Assembly (NCBI GenBank): GCA_038212275.1
Contig: JBBQUR010000001.1
Coordinates: 160,001-224,000, forward strand
Reading direction: 5' to 3'
DNA length: 64,000 nt
From: Planctomycetota bacterium
GTDB lineage: Bacteria > Planctomycetota > B15-G4
The notes under the pieces were generated by a model that made no database searches, was not told where the DNA came from, and worked only from the letters and a program-made list of their open reading frames with translations. Positions 1 through 12,972 of this stretch are shown here, piece after piece (position 1 is the first letter of the stretch; every line of letters starts with the position of its first letter). The position numbers and the translations under genes were made by a program.

Positions 1-1006
1 TGTCGCGCCGCAGGACGACGTGCTCGACGCGGCCGCCGCCCGCGATGGCCAGGGCCGCCAGGGCGCGCTCGGGACGGTCGGTGCGGAATCCCGAGGCGTC
101 GTCGGCGATGCGGGCGACGAGCGTGCCGTCTACCCACAGCGACACCTGCCGGTCGACGTTGCGAGCCACGACGCGCGTGGACACGCCCGCCGCGAGCCCG
201 CCCTGCGCCGCGTCCGAGCCGCTGCCGTCAGTGGCGGGCCACAGCACGCGCGGCTCGGCGGAGTTTTTCGCCGGCTGGAAGACGATGTTCGCGCCGCGCC
301 CGTCACCCTTGCGTGGCAGGGTGAACACGGTATCGCCCTCGTCGGACGAGAGCGTGATGCGCAGGTCGCGCGCCGCCGCGTCGAGCGTCGCGTCGCAGGC
401 GAGTTCGAGGTCGGCCACGGCCTCGACTCCGTTGGGGCCCGGGGCGATGTTCCAGTCGGGGTCGTAGCCGTGCAGGTAGTCGGCGCGCACGCTGGAGCGC
501 ACGCGCAGTTCGCCGTCGGCGTCCGGCGCGAAAGACGCCTGTCCGCCGGTGACGCTGATGCCCGGCCCGGCCGTGAAGGCGCGGCCCACGTCGATGCCGC
601 CGTCGGTGAGCGGAAAGACGTTCTTCAGCACGGAGTCGTTCACGGAGTCGGGCTTGCGCGCGATCTTCCCGTCGATCCACACGTCACCGCCGTGGATCTC
701 GAGCGTCTCGCCGGGCAGTCCCACGATGCGCTTCACGTAGAGCCGCCGCTCGTCGAGCGGGAAGCGGAAGATCATCACCTCCCAGCGGTGCGGATCGCGG
801 ATCATCGTGCAGAGCTTGTCCGCGAGCACGCGGTCCTTGATGCCCGAGCGCTCGTCGCCGAGGATCGTCGGCTGCATGCTGCCCGTGGGGATCTGGTAGG
901 CCTCGATCACGAAGAACTTCAGCACGAGCGCCATCGCGATGGCGATGGCGATGGCTTCCACCTGATCCGCGATCCAGAGATCGAACGGCCTCCTCGCGTT
1001 GTCCAT
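1..1006 (-). CDS. lepB: Signal peptidase I (3' end runs off the window; absent from ORF track)
   Basis: Manual translation from ATG 1006: MDNARRPFDLWIADQVEAIAIAIAMALVLKFFVIEAYQIPTGSMQPTI...DRVLADK...YVKRIVGLPGET, containing the catalytic Ser (GSM) and Lys (VKR) boxes; directly downstream of lepA. Confidence 0.93.
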   Translation of the reverse strand, partial: MDNARRPFDLWIADQVEAIAIAIAMALVLKFFVIEAYQIPTGSMQPTILGDERSGIKDRVLADKLCTMIRDPHRWEVMIFRFPLDERRLYVKRIVGLPGETLEIHGGDVWIDGKIARKPDSVNDSVLKNVFPLTDGGIDVGRAFTAGPGISVTGGQASFAPDADGELRVRSSVRADYLHGYDPDWNIAPGPNGVEAVADLELACDATLDAAARDLRITLSSDEGDTVFTLPRKGDGRGANIVFQPAKNSAEPRVLWPATDGSGSDAAQGGLAAGVSTRVVARNVDRQVSLWVDGTLVARIADDASGFRTDRPERALAALAIAGGGRVEHVVLRRD

Positions 1007-1008
1007 CG

Positions 1009-2804
<1,796 letters not shown>

Positions 2805-2808
<4 letters not shown>

Positions 2809-3425
2809 GGAAGGCGGGCTCCTGCGGGCGCGCTGCGACGCGCGAGGCCTGCCGCGAGGGCCACCAGCGCCGCGCCGCGATGGCTGAGGCCGGCCTTCTC
2901 GGCGCGGGTCAGTTCCGCGAAGCTGCGCCCCGCGGCGGCGGGGTCGTCGGAGAGGAAAAGCGGGTCGTAGCCGAAACCGCCGCTGCCCGAGGGCGTCCGC
3001 GCGATCGTCCCGCTGCACTCGCCGGTCACTTGCAGGAACGGGACGCCGTCGCGCACGAGGCAGAGCGCGCAGACGAAGCGCGCGCGGCGATCGGCGACGC
3101 CGTCGAGCGCGGCCAGGAGCTTCGCGCGGTTGGCCGCGTCGTCGGCCTGCGGGCCGGCGTAGCGGGCCGAATGCACGCCCGGCGCGCCGCCCAGCGCAGC
3201 GACCTCGAGTCCCGAGTCGTCGGCCAGCGTGTCGAGGCCCGTCGCTCGTGCGTAGTGCAGCGCCTTGGAGCGTGCATTGGCCGCGAAGTCGGGTTCCTCT
3301 TCCGGCGCGACGGGCACTCCCGGAAAGGTGTCGAGCCCGACGACCTCCACGCCCTGCACGGCGAGCAGCGACGTCAGCTCCGCGAGCTTGCCGCCGTTGG
3401 TGGTTGCCACGAGCAGGCGACTCAC
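2805..3425 (-). CDS. rdgB: Non-canonical purine NTP pyrophosphatase (RdgB/HAM1)
   Basis: ATTNGGKLAE, ADDSGL, PGVHSARYAG, GFGYDPLF, EK..LSHRG; rph-rdgB synteny. Confidence 0.95.
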
Positions 3426-4144
3426 CGGGACAGCGCGGCTTCCTGCGCCTCGCCCACGCGCGCCAGCGCCGCGGTTCCCATCTCGATCATCGAGTGCAGC
3501 TGGTCCAGGCTGAACGAGCCGCGCTCGGCGCCGCCGGCGACCTCGATGACGCGGCCCGAGCCGGTCATCACCAGGTTCATGTCCACGTCGGCCTGGCTGT
3601 CCTCGTAGTAGCTGAGGTCCGCCAGGATGTCGTTGCCCAGCACGCCGATGGAGATGGCGCGCACGCTGTCGGCCAGGGGCCAGAAGCGCAGGCCGTTCCG
3701 CTCCTTGAGCTCCGTGAAGGCATCGTGCATCGCGACGTAGGCGCCGTTGATGGACGCGGTGCGCGTGCCGCCGTCGGCCGCAATGACATCGCAGTCCACC
3801 CAGACCGTACGGCCCGGGAAGGCCTTCCGGTTCACGATGGAGCGCAGTGCGCGACCGATGAGCCTCTGGATCTCCACCGAGCGGCCGTCGGTGCGTCCCG
3901 CACGGTCGCGCTGGTGGCGGTCGCCCGTGGAGGCGGGCAGCATGGAGTACTCGGCCGTCACCCAGCCCTGGTCGCTGTTCTGCAGGAAGGACGGCACGCC
4001 ATCCTCGATGAGCACGGTGCAGAGCACGCGCGTGCCGCCGAGGTCGACGAGCACCGAGCCGGGAACGGAGTCCATCCAGTGTCGCTGGAAGCTGAGTGGG
4101 CGGATCGCGGTGGCGTCCCGGCCGTCAAGGCGCTGGAAGGGCAT
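3422..4144 (-). CDS. rph: Ribonuclease PH
   Basis: GWVTAEYSMLP, GRSVEIQRLIGRALR, DCDVIAADGGTRTASING, DLSYYEDSQADVDMN; ATG at 4144. Confidence 0.96.
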   Translation of the reverse strand: MPFQRLDGRDATAIRPLSFQRHWMDSVPGSVLVDLGGTRVLCTVLIEDGVPSFLQNSDQGWVTAEYSMLPASTGDRHQRDRAGRTDGRSVEIQRLIGRALRSIVNRKAFPGRTVWVDCDVIAADGGTRTASINGAYVAMHDAFTELKERNGLRFWPLADSVRAISIGVLGNDILADLSYYEDSQADVDMNLVMTGSGRVIEVAGGAERGSFSLDQLHSMIEMGTAALARVGEAQEAALSR

Positions 4145-4282
4145 GGTCCGTCCGGGTGCGGGAAGTGTGTCGCGAGGCCTCCGCGAGGCGGGGGCACGAG
4201 CCGGGCAAGTATAGGGGCGGGCCACGGACGGGATCAACGCGGCGGGGCCGTGTCCGCGCGCAATTCGGGCCATCCTCCGGGC

Positions 4283-5047
4283 TCAGCGCTGCGCCACGGA
4301 GACAAGTTGTGCGGTGTCTCCGTTGATCACGCGGCCATCGGGCAGGACCAGGTCGCCGTCCGCCGTGACAGCCGCGATGGCCGTGTCGAAGACGTCCGCT
4401 CCGGCGCGCAGGCGGACGTGTCGGCCGGGCAGCCAGGCGCGGCGACAGTACTCGCGTCCCCGCATCGCGTCGTGCTCCGTGCCGAGCTGCGCCAGCGCGG
4501 CGTCGAGCTCCGCAAGCCAGGCAGCGAGGAGCGCCTCGCGCGCCTCAGCCGGAAGTCCGACGTCGCCGGCCACCTCCGCCAGCTCGGGCGGCAGGTCGCC
4601 GGGGCGGAGCTGCAGGTTGATCCCCAGCCCGAAGACCAGCAGGCGCCGGCCGGTCGGCGTGTCCGCGTGCTCGACCAGCATGCCGCCGCACTTGCGGCCG
4701 TCGCGCAGCAGATCGTTGGGCCACTTGATGGCGACGTCCGCCACGCCGAGGTGCTCCAGCGCCCGGCATGCCGCCACGGCGCCGAGCACTGTGACGCGCG
4801 TGAGTCGTGGCATCGGCGGGATCGCGAGCAGGAGGCTCACGGCAAGCGCGCGCCCCGGTGGCGTGATCCACGCGCGGCCGTGCGTGCCGTGACCGGCGCT
4901 CTGTCGATCCGCGACGATCACGGCGCCGGCGTCCAGCTCGCCGCGCGACACGCGGGCACGTGCCTCGTCGTTGGTGGATCGCGTCTCGCGCAGGTGCAGC
5001 AGCGAATGGCCTGCGAGCTGCGCGGGGAGAGTGGGGATGCTGTCCAC
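4283..5047 (-). CDS. birA: Biotin--[acetyl-CoA carboxylase] ligase (no N-terminal HTH)
   Basis: STNDEA, ADRQSAGHGTHGRAW, IKWPNDLLRDGRKCGGMLVE, GLGIN; probable GTG start 5047. Confidence 0.9.
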   Translation of the reverse strand: MDSIPTLPAQLAGHSLLHLRETRSTNDEARARVSRGELDAGAVIVADRQSAGHGTHGRAWITPPGRALAVSLLLAIPPMPRLTRVTVLGAVAACRALEHLGVADVAIKWPNDLLRDGRKCGGMLVEHADTPTGRRLLVFGLGINLQLRPGDLPPELAEVAGDVGLPAEAREALLAAWLAELDAALAQLGTEHDAMRGREYCRRAWLPGRHVRLRAGADVFDTAIAAVTADGDLVLPDGRVINGDTAQLVSVAQR

Positions 5048-5130
5048 GCGCGCCAGTGTAGCGGCCGCGCGCGGCGCGCGGCCGCTCCTGCCCGGACCGG
5101 AAGCCCGGGCAGGAGCGGCCGGGACGGCGC

Positions 5131-6099
5131 TCAGATCATGAGGTCCTGGCGGCTCTCTTCCAGATGCACCTTCAGCTTCTTCATCACGTTGCTGTGAATC
5201 TGGCACACGCGCGATTCGGTGAGCTGCAGCACCGTGCCGATCTGCTTCATGGTGAGACCGTCGCGGTAGTACATCAGGATGATCTGCTTCTCCTTGCGGT
5301 TGAGCGAGCGGATGATCGCCCGCATCACGTCTTCCTGGTTCAGGAGGTCCGCAGGATCGAAGGAGCGTTCGTCGCGGATGAAGTCGATCTTCTCCACGGC
5401 GGGGTCGCCTGAGCCATCGTCCCAGGACTCCGAGAGCGAGCGCACCGTGTGAGCCGACGCCTCCTCGGTCATCGAGGAGTAGTCGGCGAGACTGACGCTC
5501 AGCTCGGCCGCCATCTCGGCGTGGGTCGGCGAGCGGCCGTGGCGGGCCTCGAGCGAGGCCTGCGCGCGGGAGATCTGGTGGGCCTTGAGCCGCACGAGGC
5601 GGGGGACCCAGTCCTGGCTGCGCAACTCGTCGAGGATGGCGCCGCGGATGCGGTTGCTGCAGTAGGTCTTGAACTTGATGCCGCGGTCGATGTCGAAGCC
5701 GTCGATGGCATCCATGAGGCCGAAGGTGCCTGCGCTCTTGAGGTCCTCGACATCGATGCTGCGCGGCAGCGTGAGCAGCAGTCGCTCCGCGATGAAGTTC
5801 ACCACGGGGAGATACAGCTCCATGAGCGTGTTGCGCGTTTCCGGATCGCGCGTCTTCACGTACTGGCGCCACAGGTGCTCGTTCGGGCCGCCGAGCTCGC
5901 CCGAAGGCGTCAACTCGCGGGTGGCGCGCTCCTTGTCGGCGACTCTTGCCGGCGGGGGCGCCTTGACGGACGCCTTTCCGGTGGCACGCGCAGCGGACGG
6001 AAGGGACGCAGCGGCCCCCGTTCCTGTCGCGCGCTTCTTCCCCCCTGCATTCACCTTGGACTGCCTGGAAACAGACCGCTTCACATTCACAATGGACAT
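5131..6099 (-). CDS. fliA: FliA/WhiG family RNA polymerase sigma factor (sigma-28) with basic N-terminal extension
   Basis: DLKSAGTFGLMDAIDGFD, KFKTYCSNRIRGAILDELRSQDWVPR, LTMKQIGTVLQLTESRVCQIHS; ATG 6099. Confidence 0.92.
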   Translation of the reverse strand: MSIVNVKRSVSRQSKVNAGGKKRATGTGAAASLPSAARATGKASVKAPPPARVADKERATRELTPSGELGGPNEHLWRQYVKTRDPETRNTLMELYLPVVNFIAERLLLTLPRSIDVEDLKSAGTFGLMDAIDGFDIDRGIKFKTYCSNRIRGAILDELRSQDWVPRLVRLKAHQISRAQASLEARHGRSPTHAEMAAELSVSLADYSSMTEEASAHTVRSLSESWDDGSGDPAVEKIDFIRDERSFDPADLLNQEDVMRAIIRSLNRKEKQIILMYYRDGLTMKQIGTVLQLTESRVCQIHSNVMKKLKVHLEESRQDLMI

Positions 6100-6375
6100 A
6101 CGGGCACTCTCCTGGTCGTGCAACTGGCTGCCCTTGCCGCACATGCGGGGTCGGGCCCTCTAGCTTTGCGCCCCACCCTTCCGAGTGGTTTGCCCTGGCC
6201 TCCCCCCCGGCGCCCGGCCGGCGAGGAGGAAACGACTGACAAGACATCGGTGCTGACGTCGTGAACTGAAGCAACTCACCGGCGAAATTCTTCGGCCGGC
6301 AGAGCGACCCGGCCGATGGGCCGGAGCGCCCGGTTCCGGGCGAAGCGGGACACGTGCGACGGCACCAAGGCCCCG

Positions 6376-6403
6376 CTATCGGCGCCGTGCAGCGGCGACT
6401 TGA
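6376..6403 (-). promoter_or_regulatory. Putative sigma-28 promoter upstream of the sigma-28 gene
   Basis: Minus strand reads TCAA-N16-GCCGATAG, against the SigD/WhiG consensus TAAA-N15/16-GCCGATAA. Confidence 0.6.
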
Positions 6404-6467
6404 CGTCGCGAAGTCCCGGCAAAGTCCGTGCCAGAGCGCGTGACGGCCGGAGGCGGGCCGCAGGCGC

Positions 6468-7001
6468 TCAGGTCGAGATCGGGCTCGGCTTGCTGAACGA
6501 GTTCTCGCCGAAGTAGTGCTCGGCGAAGTCGAGGAACTGCGACTCGATGAAGCTCGCGAACTCCGGCTGGCTCTCGGGCGTCATCGTGCCGGCGTTGCTC
6601 TCGGTCTCGAGGTCGCGATTGCGAATGGTCTTCTTGCACTGCATCACGAAGCGCCCGTCGTCCGGGTGCGGATCGAGCAGGAAGAGCAGGCGCGAGAAGT
6701 ACCGGCCCTGTCGGCCCTCGCCGTTGAGCAGTTCCTCGTCGTGGCGGAGGGCAAGCATGTACTTGCCCTCGAAGAAGCCGCGCGTGAGCACGAATCCAGG
6801 CGCTTCGCTCTGGAAATTCTTGACGAAGTCCTCGATGACCGCCTCGATGCTCTCTCGGAACTCGAAGGCGTGAACCGTGCGCTGGCTGCGCACGAGGTCC
6901 TCGTCCGAGCGCAGGCGCAGGTGGATTTCGCTCCGCTTCGCGCTGGCGTCGCGGATCTTCTTGAGCTTGTCCTTGAAGGCGCTCGACATCGGGATGCTCA
7001 T
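6468..7001 (-). CDS. Hypothetical protein (~177 aa, soluble)
   Basis: Normal amino-acid composition (MSIPMSSAFKDKLKKIRDAS...), strong GC3 bias, same strand as neighbours; no family recognised. Confidence 0.75.
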   Translation of the reverse strand: MSIPMSSAFKDKLKKIRDASAKRSEIHLRLRSDEDLVRSQRTVHAFEFRESIEAVIEDFVKNFQSEAPGFVLTRGFFEGKYMLALRHDEELLNGEGRQGRYFSRLLFLLDPHPDDGRFVMQCKKTIRNRDLETESNAGTMTPESQPEFASFIESQFLDFAEHYFGENSFSKPSPIST

Positions 7002-7029
7002 CGGGGGGGCTCGTCTCGGGGTGTCTTCT

Positions 7030-7057
7030 ATATCGGCCGGGGGGGTGAATTCGATGA
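7030..7057 (-). promoter_or_regulatory. Putative sigma-28 promoter
   Basis: Minus strand TCAT-N16-GCCGATAT, about 30 nt upstream of ATG 7001; same spacing as the 6376-6403 site. Confidence 0.5.
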
Positions 7058-7238
7058 GGAAGAATACGTGCAGTAGCACGGGAGGCAAGGAGCGCCGTGG
7101 CCGGGAGTCCCTGCGGGTCTCAGGTGACGGCGGTTTCGTACGGATCTGCGGTGTTCTGCAGGGCGGCCGATCCGCGCGTCCGGGCCCGTTCCACGGGACC
7201 TGCGCGATGCGATGGGCGCACCCTGGCCGATGCGGCGC

Positions 7239-7757
7239 TCAGCTGTAGCGCAGGATGGCCCGGACATCCCGCCCGTGCAGCCGCTCCTTCCACGGAATGA
7301 AGTCCAGCGCGATCACGAAGGCCAGCGCCGAGACCCGAGCGCCCAGCGTCTCCACCAGCGTGCACGCGGCCGAGGCGGTGCCGCCCGTCGCGATGAGGTC
7401 ATCCACGATGAGCACGTTCATGCCCGGGTGCAGGGCATCGTGGTGCATCTCGATCGTGTCGGTGCCGTATTCCAGCGCGTACTGCTGGCGCACGACCTTG
7501 TAGGGCAGCTTTCCCGGCTTGCGCACGGGCACGAAACCCTTGTTCATGGCCAGCGCGAGCGCGGCGCCGAAGATGAATCCGCGCGACTCGATGCCGACGA
7601 TCGCATCGCAGGGCAGGCCCACGACGGAAGCGCGCAACTGGTCGATGCACGACTGGAAGGCTGCCGCGTCGGCGAGCAGCGGCGTGATGTCCTTGAAGAC
7701 GATGCCGGGCTTCGGGAAGTCAGGGATGTCGCGGATGTAGCGGGACAGGTCGTTCAT
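7239..7757 (-). CDS. apt: Adenine phosphoribosyltransferase
   Basis: IRDIPDFPKPGIVFKDITPLL, GIESRGFIFG, VRKPGKLP, YALEYG, VDDLIATGGT; ATG 7757. Confidence 0.97.
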   Translation of the reverse strand: MNDLSRYIRDIPDFPKPGIVFKDITPLLADAAAFQSCIDQLRASVVGLPCDAIVGIESRGFIFGAALALAMNKGFVPVRKPGKLPYKVVRQQYALEYGTDTIEMHHDALHPGMNVLIVDDLIATGGTASAACTLVETLGARVSALAFVIALDFIPWKERLHGRDVRAILRYS

Positions 7758-7791
7758 GCTTCCTCGGGGAAAACGGTGGGGGCGGCGCCGG

Positions 7792-9522
<1,731 letters not shown>

Positions 9523-9576
9523 GAGGCGGGGGATCGTAGCGATTGTGCGCCGGCGAAGAAGCGCGGTCAGGGGCGG

Positions 9577-11010
9577 TCAGCGAGCCGCGGGCAGCAGCGC
9601 CTGCAGCCCCAGTCCCGCGGCGCGCGGTTCGCCGTCGCGTCGCAGCAGGCCGAGCGTGTGCCCGCAGTCCGTCCAGCCCTGAAAGAAGATGGCGCCGACG
9701 TCGGGGCGACGGTTGGCGCGCTGCAGGCAGGCTTCGATGAAGAGTCGCTGCGCGCGTTCGCCGTACGCCAGCGGCGACAGCCCCGCCGCGAGCACCCAGA
9801 GTTCCGGCGGCGCCGCGACATCCGCACGCCATGCAGCCCACGCATCGAGTGCGCTCTCCGCTGCTTCGGGACCGCGCGCCGCGGCATTTCCAGGCTCCAG
9901 GCGCGGCCCCGCGATGGCGACGGGCGACGGCGCGGCCGCGAGCGCGAGAAACAGGTCGCGGCTGAGTTCGCCGGTGCCGAGCAGTCGTGCCGCGAGGCGC
10001 GTCTGCGGGGACACGGCCGCCACGCGCGCCGCCGCTTCCTCGTACAGCGCGCGCCACGCGTCCGGCGGCAGCCACCCGAAGACGAGCGTCGCGGCGCCGT
10101 CCGGCTCGGGGAAGGGCAGCAGAACCTCGGGCCGTTCCGCCACGGCGAGCCGCTCGGCGCCGTCCAGGAACGCGGCCTTGACGGCGGCTGCATCGGGCAC
10201 GCTCCACAGCCAGGCGTCGGGCGCGCGCAGTTCGAGCAGCAGCGGGCGGCCGTCGCGTCGCGGGAGCGGCGCCACGGCATCGGCCGGCACGACGCGCGCG
10301 TCCCATGAGCCGGGAGCGACGGCTTGCCGTGCGCGTGCCGCTTCGTCGGAGCCATCGAGGATGCCGGTCTGCAGGTCGGGCCGCAGCGCGGTCAGCGCCG
10401 GCTCGATCTCGAAGCGCATCACGATCTCCTCGGCGGTGTCGTGCATCACGAGGAGCAACGCGACGATGAAGCCCGCGAGCGAGGCCATGAACAGCTGCGC
10501 GAGAAATCCGAGGATGCTGCGTGGCGCGCCGCGTCGCACGAGCATCGGCAGGTGCCAGCTGATCGTGCTGACGTGCGCGAGCGGGCTGCCGAGCAGGTGC
10601 TGCAGGATGGAATGATCGTGCAGCAGCGCGGCCGCCCGGGGCGGGAGCTGTTCGCCCGCCACCGTCAGCGCGCCGAGCGACGTGGCCAGCAGCAGCCCGA
10701 CGTTGGCCAGCACGAAGGGCACGTCCGACAGCCGCGGGCCGCGCTTCACGATGGCGTGGGCGTTCTGCGCCAGGCCGAGCGCGAAGGCCAGCGGGAACAA
10801 CGGCGCCACCAGTCCCGACAGCAGCAGCGGCGTGCCGCCAGGAAGCGTCCGGTCCGCCACGAGCACCACGGTGAGCAGCAGCTGCAGCGGCAGAATCACG
10901 GCGCGTTCCCAGTTCCGTCCACCCTCGGGAGCGGGGGCCGAGGCCGCCACGTTCCACGCGAGGAGCAGGGCCAGATACGCGAGGAAGACGCCGTGCAGCG
11001 TCCCGATCAC
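9577..11010 (-). CDS. Membrane protein: several N-terminal TM helices plus a C-terminal glycoside-hydrolase-like (clan A) domain
   Basis: Hydrophobic segments in the first ~190 aa; C-terminal FPEPD, WVLAAG, FFQGWTD, GLLRRDGEPRAA; start overlaps the NUDIX stop. Confidence 0.6.
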   Translation of the reverse strand: MIGTLHGVFLAYLALLLAWNVAASAPAPEGGRNWERAVILPLQLLLTVVLVADRTLPGGTPLLLSGLVAPLFPLAFALGLAQNAHAIVKRGPRLSDVPFVLANVGLLLATSLGALTVAGEQLPPRAAALLHDHSILQHLLGSPLAHVSTISWHLPMLVRRGAPRSILGFLAQLFMASLAGFIVALLLVMHDTAEEIVMRFEIEPALTALRPDLQTGILDGSDEAARARQAVAPGSWDARVVPADAVAPLPRRDGRPLLLELRAPDAWLWSVPDAAAVKAAFLDGAERLAVAERPEVLLPFPEPDGAATLVFGWLPPDAWRALYEEAAARVAAVSPQTRLAARLLGTGELSRDLFLALAAAPSPVAIAGPRLEPGNAAARGPEAAESALDAWAAWRADVAAPPELWVLAAGLSPLAYGERAQRLFIEACLQRANRRPDVGAIFFQGWTDCGHTLGLLRRDGEPRAAGLGLQALLPAAR

Positions 11011-11477
11011 GCGCGCTCCAGCACGGCGAAGACCGCGCGGCCGAGGTCGCGCAACTGGCCGTAGGACAGGCGCCGGGCCACGTCGGCCTCATCGGCCCAG
11101 AGCAGGGCATCGTGTTCCTGCGAGAGCCGCGGCTCGACGGCCGGAGCCTGCGCGAGGAAGTACACGACGCGCTTGGCGTAGCTCGTGCCTCCGGGCACGC
11201 GCACCGTGTACTTCAGGACCTGACGGAAGTCCTGGTGCAGCGACAGGTCGTCGTAGCCGGTCTCTTCGCGGACTTCGCGCAGCGCCGTGGCGACCTCGTG
11301 CGCGTCGGCCCGGTCGCGGCGACCCTTGGCGAAGCCCCATTGCCCGTTCTGCGCGTTGCGCAGCAGCAGCAGCCGCACCGCGCCGCGTGCGCTTGCCTGC
11401 GGGCGCCCGGCGTCCGGGTCCTGCCCCGGAGTCTCGCCCCGACGGTAGAGGATGATGCCGCTGGCGAGGGTGGTCAT
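11007..11477 (-). CDS. NUDIX hydrolase (Ap4A hydrolase-like)
   Basis: SGIILYR, WGFAKG, Nudix box TALREVREETG, KRVVYFLA, LSQEHD..W; ATG 11477. Confidence 0.88.
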   Translation of the reverse strand: MTTLASGIILYRRGETPGQDPDAGRPQASARGAVRLLLLRNAQNGQWGFAKGRRDRADAHEVATALREVREETGYDDLSLHQDFRQVLKYTVRVPGGTSYAKRVVYFLAQAPAVEPRLSQEHDALLWADEADVARRLSYGQLRDLGRAVFAVLERA

Positions 11478-11572
11478 GGGTCGCGGTGCGATGTGGGGCC
11501 GGCGCGTGCTCGAGGTGATGCGACTGTTCCGGGCATGGCGCAGCGCGTCCGGATGATAGGATCCCGCGCCGC

Positions 11573-12442
11573 ATGAACGCCACCACGCCGCACACCACGC
11601 CCGCATCCCGACACGCCGCACGCATGGCGAGTCGTGTCGTCCGCGTGCTCAGGAACGAACGCGTGGAGGGCGGCTGCCATCGCGTGCTCGCCGAGGTCGA
11701 AGGCCAGTGGCCCGAGAGCGGGCCGGGGCAGTTCGCGATGCTCAGCATGGATCATCCGCGCTTCCCGATCCTTCCTCGCCCGTTCAGCCTGCTGGGCTGG
11801 CAGCGGGACGGTGCCCGCGACCTGCTGGAGTGGATGATCATGCCCGTCGGCATCGGCACGGGCCTGCTGTGCTCGATGCAGCCCGGCGAGAGCTTTCACG
11901 CGGTGGGGCCGCTCGGCCGGCGCATGGACGAGGATCTGCCTGCCGGTCCCATCCTCTGCGTTGCGGGCGGCTACGGCGTGGCGCCCTTCATCTTTCTTGC
12001 GGACCAGTGGCGCCGCAACGGTGATCGGCGCGCGGACGAACTCGCCGTGATCTTCGGCGCGCGCACGGCGGAGCGCCTTTCGCTGCACGGTCGGCTGTCG
12101 GCGTCGTGCCCGCGCGTGGAACTCTGCACGGACGACGGCACGGCAGGCTACCGCGGGCGCGTGGACGGTCGCCTCGCAGACATGCTCGCCGAGCAGCGGC
12201 CCGCGCTGGTGCTCACCTGCGGACCCGAGAAGATGATGGAGGCCGTCGGCAGAGCCTGCCGGCAGGCCGGCGTGCCGGCGCGCGCCTCGCTGGAGACCGT
12301 GATGGGTTGCGGCTACGCGGTGTGCAACGGTTGCGCCGTAGCTGTGGCGGACGGCCGCCAGCCCGACGGATTCACCTACGAACTGGCATGTCGCGAAGGC
12401 ACGGTGTTCGACGAAGCGCGGCTGCAGTGGCACCCGATCTGA
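11573..12442 (+). CDS. pyrK: Dihydroorotate dehydrogenase electron transfer subunit-like FAD/[2Fe-2S] protein
   Basis: PGQFAML, LPRPFSL, GPLG, VAGGYGVAP, CTDDGTAG, TCGPEKMM, SLETVMGCGYAVCNGC...ACREGTVF. Confidence 0.85.
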   Translation: MNATTPHTTPASRHAARMASRVVRVLRNERVEGGCHRVLAEVEGQWPESGPGQFAMLSMDHPRFPILPRPFSLLGWQRDGARDLLEWMIMPVGIGTGLLCSMQPGESFHAVGPLGRRMDEDLPAGPILCVAGGYGVAPFIFLADQWRRNGDRRADELAVIFGARTAERLSLHGRLSASCPRVELCTDDGTAGYRGRVDGRLADMLAEQRPALVLTCGPEKMMEAVGRACRQAGVPARASLETVMGCGYAVCNGCAVAVADGRQPDGFTYELACREGTVFDEARLQWHPI

Positions 12443-12972
12443 ATCGCGCCGAGCGGCTCTCGGCCTACGTGTCGGCCGTGCGCACCGCGGTGGACGGCGT
12501 GCCCGAGGACGTGCACGCAGCCTTCGTGAAGACGCTGCTCTCCTCGGGGCAGATCGTCGTCGCCGGTCGCGGGCGCTCGGGCATGATGGCTGCGGCCTTC
12601 GCGCGCCGGCTCGGCCAGATGGGCCTGCGTGCGTGGGGGCTCGACGACTCCACGGTGCCGCGCCTCGGTCACGGCGACACGCTCGTGGCGTGCAGCGGCA
12701 GCGGCACGACGCCCACCGTGCTCTCGCTCATGAGGACGGCGCGCAGCGGCGACGCGCGCGTGCTCGTCGTGACCCGCGCTCCGCCGCCGGCCGGGCTCGT
12801 CGCGGACGTGACGGTGGCGCTGCAGCTGCCGGTGGGCAGCACGATCTTTCCGCTGGGCACGCTGTTCGAGGCGTCGCTGCTGGCCTACCTTGACCAGGTC
12901 GTGGTGGACCTCATCGCGGCTCTCGGCGCGACGGAGTCCGAACTCGGCGCTCGCCACACGAACCTGGAGTGA
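12427..12972 (+). CDS. SIS-domain sugar-phosphate isomerase (6-phospho-3-hexuloisomerase/HxlB-like)
   Basis: VAGRGRSG..AAAFARRL, CSGSGTT, PLGTLFE, C-terminal RHTNLE; start uncertain (GTG 12427 or 12469). Confidence 0.82.
   Translation: MAPDLNRAERLSAYVSAVRTAVDGVPEDVHAAFVKTLLSSGQIVVAGRGRSGMMAAAFARRLGQMGLRAWGLDDSTVPRLGHGDTLVACSGSGTTPTVLSLMRTARSGDARVLVVTRAPPPAGLVADVTVALQLPVGSTIFPLGTLFEASLLAYLDQVVVDLIAALGATESELGARHTNLE

Noticed and set aside
4283..6274. 663-aa BirA with a long N-terminal extension
   Set aside because: The extension is an alternative frame over the sigma-28 gene; BirA similarity starts near 5047
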